From IMG/VR virus record IMGVR_UViG_3300030294_000003: a stretch of 64,000 bases of DNA, one strand, 5' to 3'. Made by a program: the position numbers and the translations under genes. This stretch comes from a virus (lineage: Duplodnaviria > Heunggongvirae > Uroviricota > Caudoviricetes). The notes beneath the pieces were generated by a model, which was not told where the DNA came from, did not search any database, and saw nothing but the letters and a program-made list of their open reading frames with translations. Below are positions 18,161 through 27,667 of this stretch, piece by piece. The first letter of the stretch is position 1. Each line of letters begins with the position of its first letter.

Positions 18161-18520
18161 ATGAATATGAAAACAGATTTAGAAATGACCCGTGAATTGA
18201 ATGCGTTGGATATTCAGATTTATAAAATCAAAGGAACTGAAAGATTTGAAACGTGTACTCATGATTCTTATCGTTTGGAATTTGATTCAATCAAAGATGC
18301 TTATGATTACCATAAAGCAACTAATTTTTTGAATAAAGAACCAACAGCAAATGTAAAAAAATTCAAATTAGTAATTACATCTGTATTTCATTTTCATGTT
18401 GAAATATTTGTTGATGATGAAATATTTTGTTGTAGTGATAGAAATATTTACAAATCGGAAATTATAAAAGCTATCAAGGAATATGAAGCCGAAGGATTTG
18501 TTTTGGTTGAATATTTTTAA
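18161..18520 (+). CDS. hypothetical protein
   Basis: First ATG at 18161, because the track's 18122 start is a GTG inside the -7 box. The protein is 119 aa, with cassette P22 upstream. Confidence 0.55.
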   Translation: MNMKTDLEMTRELNALDIQIYKIKGTERFETCTHDSYRLEFDSIKDAYDYHKATNFLNKEPTANVKKFKLVITSVFHFHVEIFVDDEIFCCSDRNIYKSEIIKAIKEYEAEGFVLVEYF

Positions 18521-18571
18521 TAAATTCTATTTCCATATATCATAGTTAAAGCTTATCTTTACACTATCAAT
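18517..18571 (+). promoter_or_regulatory. promoter cassette P23 (-7 variant TATCTTTA 18554-18561)
   Basis: Variant -7 box. Confidence 0.45.
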
Positions 18572-18601
18572 TAATTATTTAATCAAATAAAAAACAGATA
18601 T

Positions 18602-18826
18602 ATGAATTCACGTGAAAATGAGATGAAGTTTTATAATTATATTATTGATAAGGCTATAGAATCAAAAGATGGTGGTGATTTAAAAGAATTACAGGAACTA
18701 ATTCAATTATATTCTTTTGATGATATGTTAAGATATACTTTCCTTATGGGATTAATATATGGTGCGTTAATGCAATTTAATAAAAAGATTGCTATTGAAG
18801 AATTACAGGAGTTTAAAAAGTTTTAA
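18602..18826 (+). CDS. hypothetical protein (paralog of 19401-19604)
   Basis: 74-aa ORF. Its N-terminal ~37 aa and ~110 nt are ~85% identical to the gene at 19401. Confidence 0.55.
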   Translation: MNSRENEMKFYNYIIDKAIESKDGGDLKELQELIQLYSFDDMLRYTFLMGLIYGALMQFNKKIAIEELQEFKKF

Positions 18827-18849
18827 CTTAAATAAATAAGTACATTGTT

Positions 18850-19101
18850 ATGAAGACCGAATATGAACAACTTACAACAGCAAAGAAAAATATTGCAAAA
18901 TCTTTGATTAAATACATAACTTTATCCAATAAACTTGGTCAACATGGAACACAAAGTATTGCTTTGATTGATGGTGTTTATGAAGCATATAACGTTACCA
19001 ATATGAGTAGTGATGTGTTGGAGTTATTAATGAAGAGTTTAAATAATTGGCACGAGCAAAATGAGGAATTAAAACGTATGTTCACACCACCAATTATTTA
19101 A
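18850..19101 (+). CDS. hypothetical protein
   Basis: 83-aa ORF. Confidence 0.5.
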   Translation: MKTEYEQLTTAKKNIAKSLIKYITLSNKLGQHGTQSIALIDGVYEAYNVTNMSSDVLELLMKSLNNWHEQNEELKRMFTPPII

Positions 19102-19152
19102 CAAATTTCATTTCCATATATCAGAGTTAAAGACTATCTTTGTATTATAATT
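19098..19152 (+). promoter_or_regulatory. promoter cassette P24 (-7 19135-19142)
   Basis: Consensus match. Confidence 0.55.
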
Positions 19153-19164
19153 AAAACAAAATGT

Positions 19165-19404
19165 ATGATAAAAGAGGAATCAAATTATTTTAAATGTAAA
19201 TCAACAGAATATTCTACATTTTTAAAAAATAGAATTTATCATAAAGATTTAATAGGTAAGTATCTAATATCAGAACCAAATGATTGGGTATTAGTACCAT
19301 CATATCCTACTTATCAAGAAATAATTGAAATAATTGAAATAGGTGATGATGTTCAAATTAAAAAATTATTGAAATTATTAAAAATATGGAGAAAAGAATT
19401 ATGA
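19165..19404 (+). CDS. hypothetical protein
   Basis: 79-aa ORF with cassette P24 upstream. Confidence 0.5.
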   Translation: MIKEESNYFKCKSTEYSTFLKNRIYHKDLIGKYLISEPNDWVLVPSYPTYQEIIEIIEIGDDVQIKKLLKLLKIWRKEL

Positions 19405-19604
19405 ACTCATCAGAAAACGAAATAAAATTTTGTAATTATATTATTGATAAGGTTATAAAATCAAATGGCGGTGGTGATTTAAAAGAATTACAGGAACTAG
19501 TTCAGGCAGATACAGTTGGAATTTCTCCCGAATATTCAGAAGTTTACACAAAGGAAATATCAATATCTTTCGATGGTGATGAGTTGGTTAAGAATAATTT
19601 ATAA
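19401..19604 (+). CDS. hypothetical protein (paralog of 18602-18826)
   Basis: Start at ATG 19401 (MNSSENEIKF), aligned to its paralog MNSRENEMKF, with an ATGA overlap with the upstream gene. Confidence 0.5.
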   Translation: MNSSENEIKFCNYIIDKVIKSNGGGDLKELQELVQADTVGISPEYSEVYTKEISISFDGDELVKNNL

Positions 19605-19610
19605 ATAAAT

Positions 19611-19626
19611 ATACTCATTTGAGTAT
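19611..19626 (+). promoter_or_regulatory. palindromic element H4 (ATACTCAtttGAGTAT)
   Basis: 7-nt arms. Confidence 0.4.
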
Positions 19627-19647
19627 CTAATAAATACATTTAATACA

Positions 19648-20127
19648 ATGGAAAATTCAATTAAAATATACGATGGTTTTATTGCAGATAAAAATACTGA
19701 ACTACACTATGACCTTGAACGCTTAGACGAGTGGTTCGATCATTGTCCTGTTGAGGGTATAAGTAATTATCGTTCCGATAAAAGTTGTTTAAATCATTGG
19801 AGAATTATTGATAACGGAGAGTTTTTTACTATCATTAGTAAACCTAATTTTACAGAGGGTAAGTGCGATTATTATAAACGGCTTGTGATTTGTAAACTTG
19901 TTAAAGATGATATGTGGAAGTACATAAACAAATTTAATTTAAGTCCTTGTATTTATAAGTTTGGTGAGGATGACCAATTTGAAAATTTTCCTGTAGATGA
20001 AGAAACATTAATTATATTAAGTGGATTTTCAGAAATTGTGATGGATTTGTTTGTTGAAGACAGTGAATCGTGTGAAAAATTATTAGACGTAATAAATATT
20101 AAAAATTTATATTATCATGAAAAATGA
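19648..20127 (+). CDS. hypothetical protein
   Basis: 159-aa ORF with palindromic element H4 upstream. Confidence 0.55.
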   Translation: MENSIKIYDGFIADKNTELHYDLERLDEWFDHCPVEGISNYRSDKSCLNHWRIIDNGEFFTIISKPNFTEGKCDYYKRLVICKLVKDDMWKYINKFNLSPCIYKFGEDDQFENFPVDEETLIILSGFSEIVMDLFVEDSESCEKLLDVINIKNLYYHEK

Positions 20128-20311
20128 ACAACAAATAAGAGATACCCGAAATGATACGGATGATAAGCTAATAAAAGTGTTAGAATATTTTTTATCATTG
20201 CATGAAGCGGATGAAATATTCAATATGATAAATGACCCACAATTTGAAGTTGATGATGTCATTGAACTATTGGAAAAATATGAAACTGATTATAAAAACG
20301 ATATAGAATAA
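20117..20311 (+). CDS. hypothetical protein
   Basis: 64-aa acidic ORF. Confidence 0.4.
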   Translation: MKNEQQIRDTRNDTDDKLIKVLEYFLSLHEADEIFNMINDPQFEVDDVIELLEKYETDYKNDIE

Positions 20312-20335
20312 AAATTAATTAAAATATTAAAAATT

Positions 20336-20617
20336 ATGGAAGTATTAGGATTTGTAGTGTTATTAATTATATTAGTTGGGTTGGGTTATTGGTTGGTTTA
20401 TGATGGTCGTAATTTTAATACGATTACTCTTGTGTCTATAATATTTTCAATGTCAAGTTTTTGTTTATTTTTAATACCAAATAAATTAGGATATGAAAGA
20501 GGTCAAATTGATGCATTAAAAGGGAATATGCAATACGAGATGAAAATAAGTTATAAGATGGTTGATTCAGTATATATACCTATTGACACAGTTTATGTAC
20601 TTAAAAATAATAAATAA
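20336..20617 (+). CDS. small 2-TM membrane protein (paralog of 31218-31487)
   Basis: 93 aa with two hydrophobic helices and a conserved tail LKGnmqYeMkIsYkmvDsVyipiDTvYvLKnnK, matching 31218. Confidence 0.55.
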   Translation: MEVLGFVVLLIILVGLGYWLVYDGRNFNTITLVSIIFSMSSFCLFLIPNKLGYERGQIDALKGNMQYEMKISYKMVDSVYIPIDTVYVLKNNK

Positions 20618-20634
20618 GTATATAATTATTTTAT

Positions 20635-20689
20635 TTAACAGATTATATTTTAGAATGTCAGTGTTAAACCATATCTTTGTATTATAAAA
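20635..20689 (+). promoter_or_regulatory. promoter cassette P25 (-7 20672-20679)
   Basis: Consensus match. Confidence 0.5.
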
Positions 20690-20700
20690 AATAAATAATT

Positions 20701-21090
20701 ATGGAAAAAGAATTTGTAACGTATGAAATTGCTTTACTATTAAAAGAGTTGGGTTATATAGGTGATGATTGTTTTGGGGTTTACATTAAAAGCATTATAT
20801 CAAATGAGGGTGTTTTGGTTAATTTTGCTACCGATGATTTGAATGGTATAGATTTAGTTGGTGAAGTAAATGCCCCACTATGGCAACAGGTTATTAATTG
20901 GCTTAGGGAAAAGCATAATTATAATATTACATATAATGTATTGGAAGGGTATGATTGTAAAAAAATTATAAATTATATTTTTAAGGGTGGTGATATTCAG
21001 TCACATTTTAAAATACTATCAAAAAAATCAGATTATTACGAGGCTCGTGAATCTGCTATTTTAAAAGTAATAGATTTAATAAAAAAATAA
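20701..21090 (+). CDS. hypothetical protein (paralog of 29197-29547)
   Basis: 129 aa. The motifs MEKxFVxYEIALxLKExG and APLWqQVinWLRxKHN are shared with 29197. Confidence 0.55.
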   Translation: MEKEFVTYEIALLLKELGYIGDDCFGVYIKSIISNEGVLVNFATDDLNGIDLVGEVNAPLWQQVINWLREKHNYNITYNVLEGYDCKKIINYIFKGGDIQSHFKILSKKSDYYEARESAILKVIDLIKK

Positions 21091-21366
21091 ATGAAAGAGT
21101 TAAATTTAGAAATGGCTTTAGGTAGCGGTAAAAACAGATTTAGGTTATTAGCTTCAATGAATAGCACACCGTGGATTTTCATGTGGTGCGATGAAGAAGA
21201 TAATTTTCTTGGAATGTCGGGTTCAGATATTGATGAATATAAGTTTGATTATACTTTGGAAGAGTTACCAAAAATGATTGATAATGCGCAGGATTGGCTT
21301 AATCGAGCTAAAAATGCAGAACATCCATGTGCTAATATTTCAAATATTTATGTAATGGCAATCTAA
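21091..21366 (+). CDS. hypothetical protein
   Basis: 91-aa ORF. Confidence 0.5.
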   Translation: MKELNLEMALGSGKNRFRLLASMNSTPWIFMWCDEEDNFLGMSGSDIDEYKFDYTLEELPKMIDNAQDWLNRAKNAEHPCANISNIYVMAI

Positions 21367-21386
21367 TTAAATACAAAAATAAATAT

Positions 21387-21425
21387 AAATGCAATCAATT
21401 AACATATTCTGTTTTGGTTGCATTT
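21387..21425 (+). terminator. inverted repeat (possible weak terminator)
   Basis: AAATGCAA..22 nt..TTGCATTT followed by CTTTTTT. Confidence 0.3.
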
Positions 21426-21453
21426 CTTTTTTATGTATCTTTGTATATCAAAT
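21426..21453 (+). promoter_or_regulatory. promoter -7 box P26 (21436-21443) after inverted repeat
   Basis: GTATCTTTGtatatcaa, with an inverted repeat (21387-21425) in place of the usual upstream box. Confidence 0.4.
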
Positions 21454-21473
21454 AATTTAAAAGATAAGTGGGT

Positions 21474-22013
21474 ATGAAAACTGAATCAATGACGGCAAGT
21501 GAATTTTCTAAATTAGTTTATTGTGGATGTTTACCAAAAGAAAATTATGTTAATGATTTAAAACAAATTAAATATTTCAGTTATGATGATTTTGGCTGTC
21601 ATTTTTATGGAAGTAAAGAATATAATGATTCGTTGGTGTTCGTGGTTTGTTATGATGAAGAACATATTTATGGAGTTACCAAATTTGCCTATTTTTCAAA
21701 TGAAGAACACTATTCAATTTCTTATTGTTCAACAAATAAAAACTATTTAAATAAAGGTATTTGTTCTAAAATGGTTGATTTATTCACTTCTTATTTTTCA
21801 CATAAATACAGTAAAGAAATTTTATATGTTTCACAATATTCGGTAAGCGGTTGGAAGTATTTAAGACCATTATTATTAAATTTATGTAAACAAAAAGATA
21901 TTTCTTTCAGAGATAATATTATTGGATATATGGATGATGATGCAAAATATAGTGATGAGTATTATACACTAAGGGATATATCTATTAAAATAGTAGGGGA
22001 AAGGTTTTATTAA
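21474..22013 (+). CDS. hypothetical protein
   Basis: ATG at 21474, because the track's 21468 start is a GTG. The protein is 179 aa, with a -7 box at 21436. Confidence 0.55.
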   Translation: MKTESMTASEFSKLVYCGCLPKENYVNDLKQIKYFSYDDFGCHFYGSKEYNDSLVFVVCYDEEHIYGVTKFAYFSNEEHYSISYCSTNKNYLNKGICSKMVDLFTSYFSHKYSKEILYVSQYSVSGWKYLRPLLLNLCKQKDISFRDNIIGYMDDDAKYSDEYYTLRDISIKIVGERFY

Positions 22014-22064
22014 CAAATTACATTTTCAAATATAATTATTTTGATATATCTTTGTAGTATGAAT
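22010..22064 (+). promoter_or_regulatory. promoter cassette P27 (-7 22047-22054)
   Basis: Consensus match. Confidence 0.5.
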
Positions 22065-22082
22065 TTTAAATGATAAACAATT

Positions 22083-22601
22083 ATGAATGTAGAAATTAAG
22101 AATATTAAAATCAGTTTAGGCAATAGTGACGAAACTTATTGTTTCAATGCCGATATTTATGCTGACGGTAAAAAAGTTGGATATGCAAAAAACAATGGTC
22201 GTGGTGGAAATACCGATTATAATAGATACCCTAAATTTAGCTATGATGATATTCGTGATATTGAAAATTATTTTAAGTCAATGCCTTGTAAAGAATATAC
22301 ATTAAATAATGAAATTTTTAAAATGAATTATTCACTTGAAAATTTTATTGATGAAGCAGTTGAAAAAAAATTGGCTGAAAGGGATGCTGCGAGATTGAAA
22401 AATAGAATGGAAAAGGATTTCCAAAAATATATTTGTTACAAAGTTGAAAATGGATGGAATTCAACGGGTTGGAAAAATTATACTATAACTCAAATGTTGG
22501 GTACACCAGTTGGTATGTCATTGATTCAAAAGACCGTTGATACATTAAAAGAAAAAGGCGAAAAGATTTTAAATAATAATTTAATTGGTATAAAATTATA
22601 A
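22083..22601 (+). CDS. hypothetical protein
   Basis: 172-aa ORF with cassette P27 upstream. Confidence 0.6.
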   Translation: MNVEIKNIKISLGNSDETYCFNADIYADGKKVGYAKNNGRGGNTDYNRYPKFSYDDIRDIENYFKSMPCKEYTLNNEIFKMNYSLENFIDEAVEKKLAERDAARLKNRMEKDFQKYICYKVENGWNSTGWKNYTITQMLGTPVGMSLIQKTVDTLKEKGEKILNNNLIGIKL

Positions 22602-22607
22602 AATATT

Positions 22608-22805
22608 ATGGAAATTGAACAATGGATTTGTATTGGTATTATTGTATTAGCTTTATTATGTTTAATAACTAAAGTGATTTATAGGTGGATAGTTATTGGT
22701 AACCTGTTATGTGCTTTAGGTCTTCATGATTTTGGAGATTCACAAAGTGGTGTAATGTTCAGTAATATAACTTGTAACAGATGCGGGCATACAGACATTG
22801 AATAA
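22608..22805 (+). CDS. small membrane protein
   Basis: 65 aa with an N-terminal hydrophobic stretch and CxxC. Confidence 0.4.
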   Translation: MEIEQWICIGIIVLALLCLITKVIYRWIVIGNLLCALGLHDFGDSQSGVMFSNITCNRCGHTDIE

Positions 22806-22860
22806 TTAACAAATTTGATTTTGATAACCAAAAGTAAAATATTATCTTTGTATATCAATT
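22806..22860 (+). promoter_or_regulatory. promoter cassette P28 (-7 22843-22850)
   Basis: Consensus match. Confidence 0.5.
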
Positions 22861-22891
22861 AAAAATTAAAACAATTTAAATAAAAAACATT

Positions 22892-23131
22892 ATGAAAAAT
22901 TTAACAGTAGAAACAGCAAAGGATTTTTTAAAATCAAACGGTTATTTTGTTGATAACCTTTGGCATATTGATGATGTAAAAAACGTATGTAATTGCACCG
23001 ATGAAGAAGCTCAAAAAATACTGTGCGATAGTTTAACAAATGAAGAGCTAATATCTCAAATAAATTGCGATATAGAGGATAATGCTTCAATGATGGGTTT
23101 TGAAATAATTGATACAAATAATGAAGATTAA
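22892..23131 (+). CDS. hypothetical protein
   Basis: 79-aa ORF with cassette P28 upstream. Confidence 0.5.
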   Translation: MKNLTVETAKDFLKSNGYFVDNLWHIDDVKNVCNCTDEEAQKILCDSLTNEELISQINCDIEDNASMMGFEIIDTNNED

Positions 23132-23339
23132 AAGAGAAAACGTTTATAAAGATACTACTTCTTGTAGCTTTTGTGATAGAGGTAAATTAAGTGTTACAAG
23201 GTATAGTTTAGTTTATCCTTATCAGGAGGTAACAACTTTTATGCGAAGTAATGGAAACGGTATGAAAGTTTCTATTTGTGATGACTGTTTGAAAGAATTG
23301 AACTTATTTAATGAACCACCAACTAAATTAATTGATTAA
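23109..23339 (+). CDS. zinc-ribbon protein
   Basis: 76 aa with CSFCD..CDDC. The start is uncertain (23109 or 23121). Confidence 0.45.
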   Translation: MIQIMKIKRENVYKDTTSCSFCDRGKLSVTRYSLVYPYQEVTTFMRSNGNGMKVSICDDCLKELNLFNEPPTKLID

Positions 23340-23342
23340 ACT

Positions 23343-23543
23343 ATGGATGCACTTGGACTAAATGCCTTATCAAATATTATTTACAGAATGGATGAGTTAC
23401 CTGAAAGAATTGAATTTTTACATAGAATTACTGTTAGAGGTGATGTTGATTTACAGGGTTTTAATGAATTAATTAAAAAATGTAATATAGAAAGCGTTGA
23501 ACAGGATGCTAAAAGAAAAAGCGGTGGGCGAAGAAGTTGGTAA
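23343..23543 (+). CDS. hypothetical protein
   Basis: 66-aa ORF. Confidence 0.4.
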   Translation: MDALGLNALSNIIYRMDELPERIEFLHRITVRGDVDLQGFNELIKKCNIESVEQDAKRKSGGRRSW

Positions 23544-23545
23544 AT

Positions 23546-23600
23546 TTTAACAAATTCCATTTTTACAATTGAAGTTAAAGCACTATCTTTGTATTATAAT
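23546..23600 (+). promoter_or_regulatory. promoter cassette P29 (-7 23583-23590)
   Basis: Consensus match. Confidence 0.55.
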
Positions 23601-23634
23601 AACCAAATTAAAATAAATAAATAAAAACTGATAT

Positions 23635-24012
23635 ATGCTAATCAAAACTAAAGAAATTACACAAAAAAATACGTTACTTTCTCATATGATTTTGAATTGC
23701 TTGACGAAAGAGGTAATCAATGATAAAATAGAAAGTAAGGCTGAAAGAACAGGAGATACTGAATATGATATAGTCTTAATGTTTGAGGGGGTAGAACTTG
23801 ATATTAGACTTTTTACTGAACATTTGGATAAATCGTGGGATTCATGTGTAAGTGAAGCAACCCGACCCGAAGCAGAGAAAATGTTTGAAGAATTGAAACA
23901 CACTTTTATTAGTAAAAACTCAACAAACGCAAAGCTTGAAAGCATTCGAAAACAAATGATTAAGGTTAATGAACAAATGTTGAATATTAATAACGCATTA
24001 TTAAACTTGTAA
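23635..24012 (+). CDS. hypothetical protein
   Basis: 125-aa ORF with cassette P29 upstream. Confidence 0.55.
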   Translation: MLIKTKEITQKNTLLSHMILNCLTKEVINDKIESKAERTGDTEYDIVLMFEGVELDIRLFTEHLDKSWDSCVSEATRPEAEKMFEELKHTFISKNSTNAKLESIRKQMIKVNEQMLNINNALLNL

Positions 24013-24015
24013 AGC

Positions 24016-24486
24016 ATGAAAAAGCAAATTATGTTTGAGGGTATGAGTTTCAACGAGGGAACGCCAAAATCTGTGATGGAAATATTACACGCAACCAATG
24101 AATACGGTTGGAGAATTAGATTGTGGTACGGTGATGATGATGGAAAAAGTTGGAATGAGGAAAATGATATTATTGGTAAGGTTGGTAAATCAACAGGAAC
24201 AAAATGTCCACTACTAATTAATAATAGCAGGTCATTAGGTGGCGGTATTATTTTATCAGACTGTATTGTTAAGATTGTGGATGTGGTAACAAAGGAAGTA
24301 TTATATCAACATCGTACTTTTAATCAGTCAAAATTTGAAGCGGTTGGTAATTCGGTGGTTGTTGATGGTAAGGTATGGGGTAAAGAATTAACTGATTTGG
24401 ATCAACCTAAATACGCTAATTGTAAAAACTTTCAACAGGCTTACAGATTAGCAGCATTTATGAATGGTGAGCGAATGTCTAAATAA
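24016..24486 (+). CDS. hypothetical protein
   Basis: 156-aa ORF. Confidence 0.55.
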   Translation: MKKQIMFEGMSFNEGTPKSVMEILHATNEYGWRIRLWYGDDDGKSWNEENDIIGKVGKSTGTKCPLLINNSRSLGGGIILSDCIVKIVDVVTKEVLYQHRTFNQSKFEAVGNSVVVDGKVWGKELTDLDQPKYANCKNFQQAYRLAAFMNGERMSK

Positions 24487-24488
24487 CA

Positions 24489-24504
24489 ATACTCAAATGA
24501 GTAT
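24489..24504 (+). promoter_or_regulatory. palindromic element H5 (ATACTCAaaTGAGTAT)
   Basis: 7-nt arms. Confidence 0.4.
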
Positions 24505-24522
24505 TTAAAGCTAATATGTTAT

Positions 24523-24810
24523 ATGAAAAAGAAAAAAGAATTAATAATAACAATCGATGATATTAGTAGAAGTGCTTGGCTTCAGCAGGGTTATAATTGG
24601 GATAGTATTTCTATTGAAAAAATAACTGAAAAAATATTAGCCGATGAGGATTGTTATAATTTTTCAAGAAATCTTGAGGATAATGGTGTTGTAAATGATT
24701 ATATTAACACTGAATATATGGGATATTTAATATTTCATTGCCTTGTAACTTTATCAAATGAAGACTTAGTAAATGGGATTAACAACGCTTTAAAACAATT
24801 ATTAAAATAA
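24523..24810 (+). CDS. hypothetical protein
   Basis: 95-aa ORF with palindromic element H5 upstream. Confidence 0.5.
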   Translation: MKKKKELIITIDDISRSAWLQQGYNWDSISIEKITEKILADEDCYNFSRNLEDNGVVNDYINTEYMGYLIFHCLVTLSNEDLVNGINNALKQLLK

Positions 24811-24821
24811 ATATAAATAAT

Positions 24822-25055
24822 ATGAAAAAATTAACATCGTTATTAGAAGCATTTCACGCAATGTTGAACGAAGATACATTTGCTTTGAGCGAAGATGTAC
24901 TTAAAATAGTTGTAGAAGAACAGGGGTATCAGGTAACTGAAAATGAATTTACCATTCAATCAATTGAACGTGATGGTCGTATATCATTGTATTGTCAAAG
25001 TTGTTCGGATGTTATTTATGATTTTGAGGTTTATCAATTAGAAAAAATTAACTAA
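24822..25055 (+). CDS. hypothetical protein
   Basis: 77-aa ORF. Confidence 0.5.
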   Translation: MKKLTSLLEAFHAMLNEDTFALSEDVLKIVVEEQGYQVTENEFTIQSIERDGRISLYCQSCSDVIYDFEVYQLEKIN

Positions 25056-25102
25056 TTCCATTTTCATAAGTAAATAATAAATATTATCTTTGTACTGTAA
25101 TT
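25048..25102 (+). promoter_or_regulatory. promoter cassette P30 (-7 25085-25092)
   Basis: Consensus match. Confidence 0.5.
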
Positions 25103-25124
25103 AAAAACATAAAAAATTATTACC

Positions 25125-25337
25125 ATGATAAACATAAATGATAGAGAAAAATATTTAGAAAGCAAACTACCTAAAAATGTTGATATTGAAGCAAAGTATA
25201 GAAAAAATTTCGAAAGGTATGCTACCTATTTAGGTAATGGAATATATCAATGGAAAGGTATTACCGCTACAGATACCGCTTTGTTATTTCTTATGGGTGT
25301 TCTAAGAAGTGAAAATATAAATTTTAAAGAAATTTAA
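25125..25337 (+). CDS. hypothetical protein
   Basis: 70-aa ORF with cassette P30 upstream. Confidence 0.5.
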   Translation: MININDREKYLESKLPKNVDIEAKYRKNFERYATYLGNGIYQWKGITATDTALLFLMGVLRSENINFKEI

Positions 25338-25352
25338 TATATTATAATTAAT

Positions 25353-25607
25353 ATGAAAACAGAAATTAAAAAAAGAACATTTGAGGCTTCAAAATTTCCA
25401 AAAGGAAGTGATGAGAGAGCTAAACTAAATTGCGATCCTTTAACAAGTGAATACATGACAAGTTATAAATATACTTTATATATTTATAAAGAACAAACGG
25501 TTACTTCGTTACCTATAATTCACACATATAATTTTAGGACTAAATCCGATGCAATGGATAAAGAAAAGTCCATAATTGATAACCCATCTTATTACGAAGC
25601 TAAATAA
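25353..25607 (+). CDS. hypothetical protein
   Basis: 84-aa ORF. Confidence 0.5.
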   Translation: MKTEIKKRTFEASKFPKGSDERAKLNCDPLTSEYMTSYKYTLYIYKEQTVTSLPIIHTYNFRTKSDAMDKEKSIIDNPSYYEAK

Positions 25608-25624
25608 ATAAGCTAATATAAGTT

Positions 25625-25915
25625 ATGAAAACAATACAGTTAACAAATGCTGAAAAGGTACTTTTAAATAATGTGGTTGAGTATGAATATAATGGTGAAA
25701 AGCTTCAATCTACATTAGATGATATATTAAACGATATATTGCTATGTGCTGAAATGAAAGTTATTAATAATAAACCTTATTTCTTTGTTCCTTTAAAAGT
25801 GGAAGACATTTATCATCCGTTAGATCAAAAATATTATAACATATTAGTTGAAAATGGTATTAATCCATTTGAATATATGTTCGGAGATTACGGTATAGGT
25901 AAAATAATTAATTAA
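25625..25915 (+). CDS. hypothetical protein
   Basis: 96-aa ORF. Confidence 0.5.
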   Translation: MKTIQLTNAEKVLLNNVVEYEYNGEKLQSTLDDILNDILLCAEMKVINNKPYFFVPLKVEDIYHPLDQKYYNILVENGINPFEYMFGDYGIGKIIN

Positions 25916-25966
25916 CTAATTACATTTTTACTATTCAATATATTTTACTATCTTTGTGTATTAAAA
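25912..25966 (+). promoter_or_regulatory. promoter cassette P31 (-7 25949-25956)
   Basis: Consensus match. Confidence 0.5.
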
Positions 25967-25987
25967 TTAAATAAAAACATAAATATT

Positions 25988-26332
25988 ATGATGGGTGATG
26001 AAAATTTAGATAAAAATATTGCTATTGCAGAATTTATTGGTATGCAAAAAACCTCACTTGGTTGGTACGATGCAGAAGAAATTCTTTCTCTGCATTATAC
26101 GACTGATAATACTTTCGATAGGTTATTATTTGATGTATCTTTTGATTGGTTAATACCTGTTGGATTAAAATGTTCAAACTTAGCATGTTTAGCTGAAATG
26201 GATGAATGGGATTATGGTATCATGAACGCAGCATCAACATTTAATATTAAAATTCTTTTTAAAGAAATATTTGACTTTATTACCTTTTATAAGAAGAACC
26301 CCGACATTTTTGAATCAATTATTGAAAAATAA
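25988..26332 (+). CDS. hypothetical protein
   Basis: 114-aa ORF with cassette P31 upstream. Confidence 0.55.
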   Translation: MMGDENLDKNIAIAEFIGMQKTSLGWYDAEEILSLHYTTDNTFDRLLFDVSFDWLIPVGLKCSNLACLAEMDEWDYGIMNAASTFNIKILFKEIFDFITFYKKNPDIFESIIEK

Positions 26333-26391
26333 TTTTTTAACAATTTTGATTTTAATAAGTAAATAAAAACAAAACCAAACTTAATATTATT

Positions 26392-26748
26392 ATGACAGAT
26401 AAGCAGATGAATAAAAATCATAATATTGAAAGATGTAATTCTCAATATTGGATTGATAGGAGTGGAAAAATACATAAATATAAAGGTAGTTTGAATCGTG
26501 AATGTGTTTCAATACACTATGAAATAGTAAATACTTTATTCCCCGATGTACCCCACGCAAAACAGTATGTTGAAAAATTAGGTTGGTGTATGGTTGGAAG
26601 TACCGTTTATAGTACGCCTATTATCGAAATAAAGCCATCACAGGCACAAATAAATACGCTTGATAAATTAGGGTTATATGATAGATTGTGCATTCCATAT
26701 GAGGGATATATGATAAATTATAAAGAAAACGAAAGTAAATTTCAATAA
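26392..26748 (+). CDS. hypothetical protein
   Basis: 118-aa ORF. Confidence 0.5.
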   Translation: MTDKQMNKNHNIERCNSQYWIDRSGKIHKYKGSLNRECVSIHYEIVNTLFPDVPHAKQYVEKLGWCMVGSTVYSTPIIEIKPSQAQINTLDKLGLYDRLCIPYEGYMINYKENESKFQ

Positions 26749-26832
26749 AAAAATTGTCTAAAATAACAGATGAAAATATTTCTAAAGTGCTATATGAAAA
26801 CTTTTTATATTTAAACAAAAAATAAAAATATC

Positions 26833-27579
26833 ATGAACTTAAAAGATTTAAAAGAATACTATACAGTCAATAAAGACTATGTTAAAGATCATTATTTACT
26901 TTTTAATCCAATTGTAGGTAGTGGTAAAAATCTTAATATTCAATATTATTGTAGAGTTGAGAGAGTTGGTGATGGATTTAAAATTATTCCGAGTGAATAT
27001 ATTAAAAATCCTATTAATGAAGTGAAATATTTTTATACTTCAATATCTGTTTTAAAAGATGTTATTAAAAAATATGTTGAATCATTACCTTATCACTCTG
27101 ATTTCTATTACCCAAATAATAGACCGTTTGTTTTTCCTTATCTTGTTGTGAATGAATTTCTGAAAGATTTGGGTTTTGTATGTGGCTCGAATGAAACATA
27201 TATCTTTGAGCAAAAAGATATTTATGGATGTACAACCAATAAAATGACTATGCGTATTAATGGACTTGATATGTCCGAATACGATGAAAGCGATGAAATA
27301 ACTATAAACTTATTTACATCTAACAAATCATATATAACAGTTAAATCCGAAAAAGATGTTGATTCAATTATTTCAATTTTAAGTAGTTTATTGAAACCGT
27401 TATTTTTAACGACAGGTATTCAAAATATTGAATTGGCTGATAAATTGAATTTTAATAGTTTCGAACCTATATTAAGTACAGTTGAGTGGTCTTCATTAAA
27501 TATTGAACACTCATTATATAAACAAGAGCTAATAGGTAAGCTTGAAGATATGCTTAAAAAATTAAAAACCAGCAATTAA
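26833..27579 (+). CDS. hypothetical protein
   Basis: 248-aa ORF. Confidence 0.6.
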   Translation: MNLKDLKEYYTVNKDYVKDHYLLFNPIVGSGKNLNIQYYCRVERVGDGFKIIPSEYIKNPINEVKYFYTSISVLKDVIKKYVESLPYHSDFYYPNNRPFVFPYLVVNEFLKDLGFVCGSNETYIFEQKDIYGCTTNKMTMRINGLDMSEYDESDEITINLFTSNKSYITVKSEKDVDSIISILSSLLKPLFLTTGIQNIELADKLNFNSFEPILSTVEWSSLNIEHSLYKQELIGKLEDMLKKLKTSN

Positions 27580-27584
27580 TTAAA

Positions 27585-27639
27585 TTAACAGATTTCATTT
27601 TTATAATTGAAATAAATAATTTATCTTTGTGTTACAATA
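27585..27639 (+). promoter_or_regulatory. promoter cassette P32 (-7 27622-27629)
   Basis: Consensus match. Confidence 0.5.
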
Positions 27640-27667
27640 TAATAAAAAACAAAATAAACTATATAAT

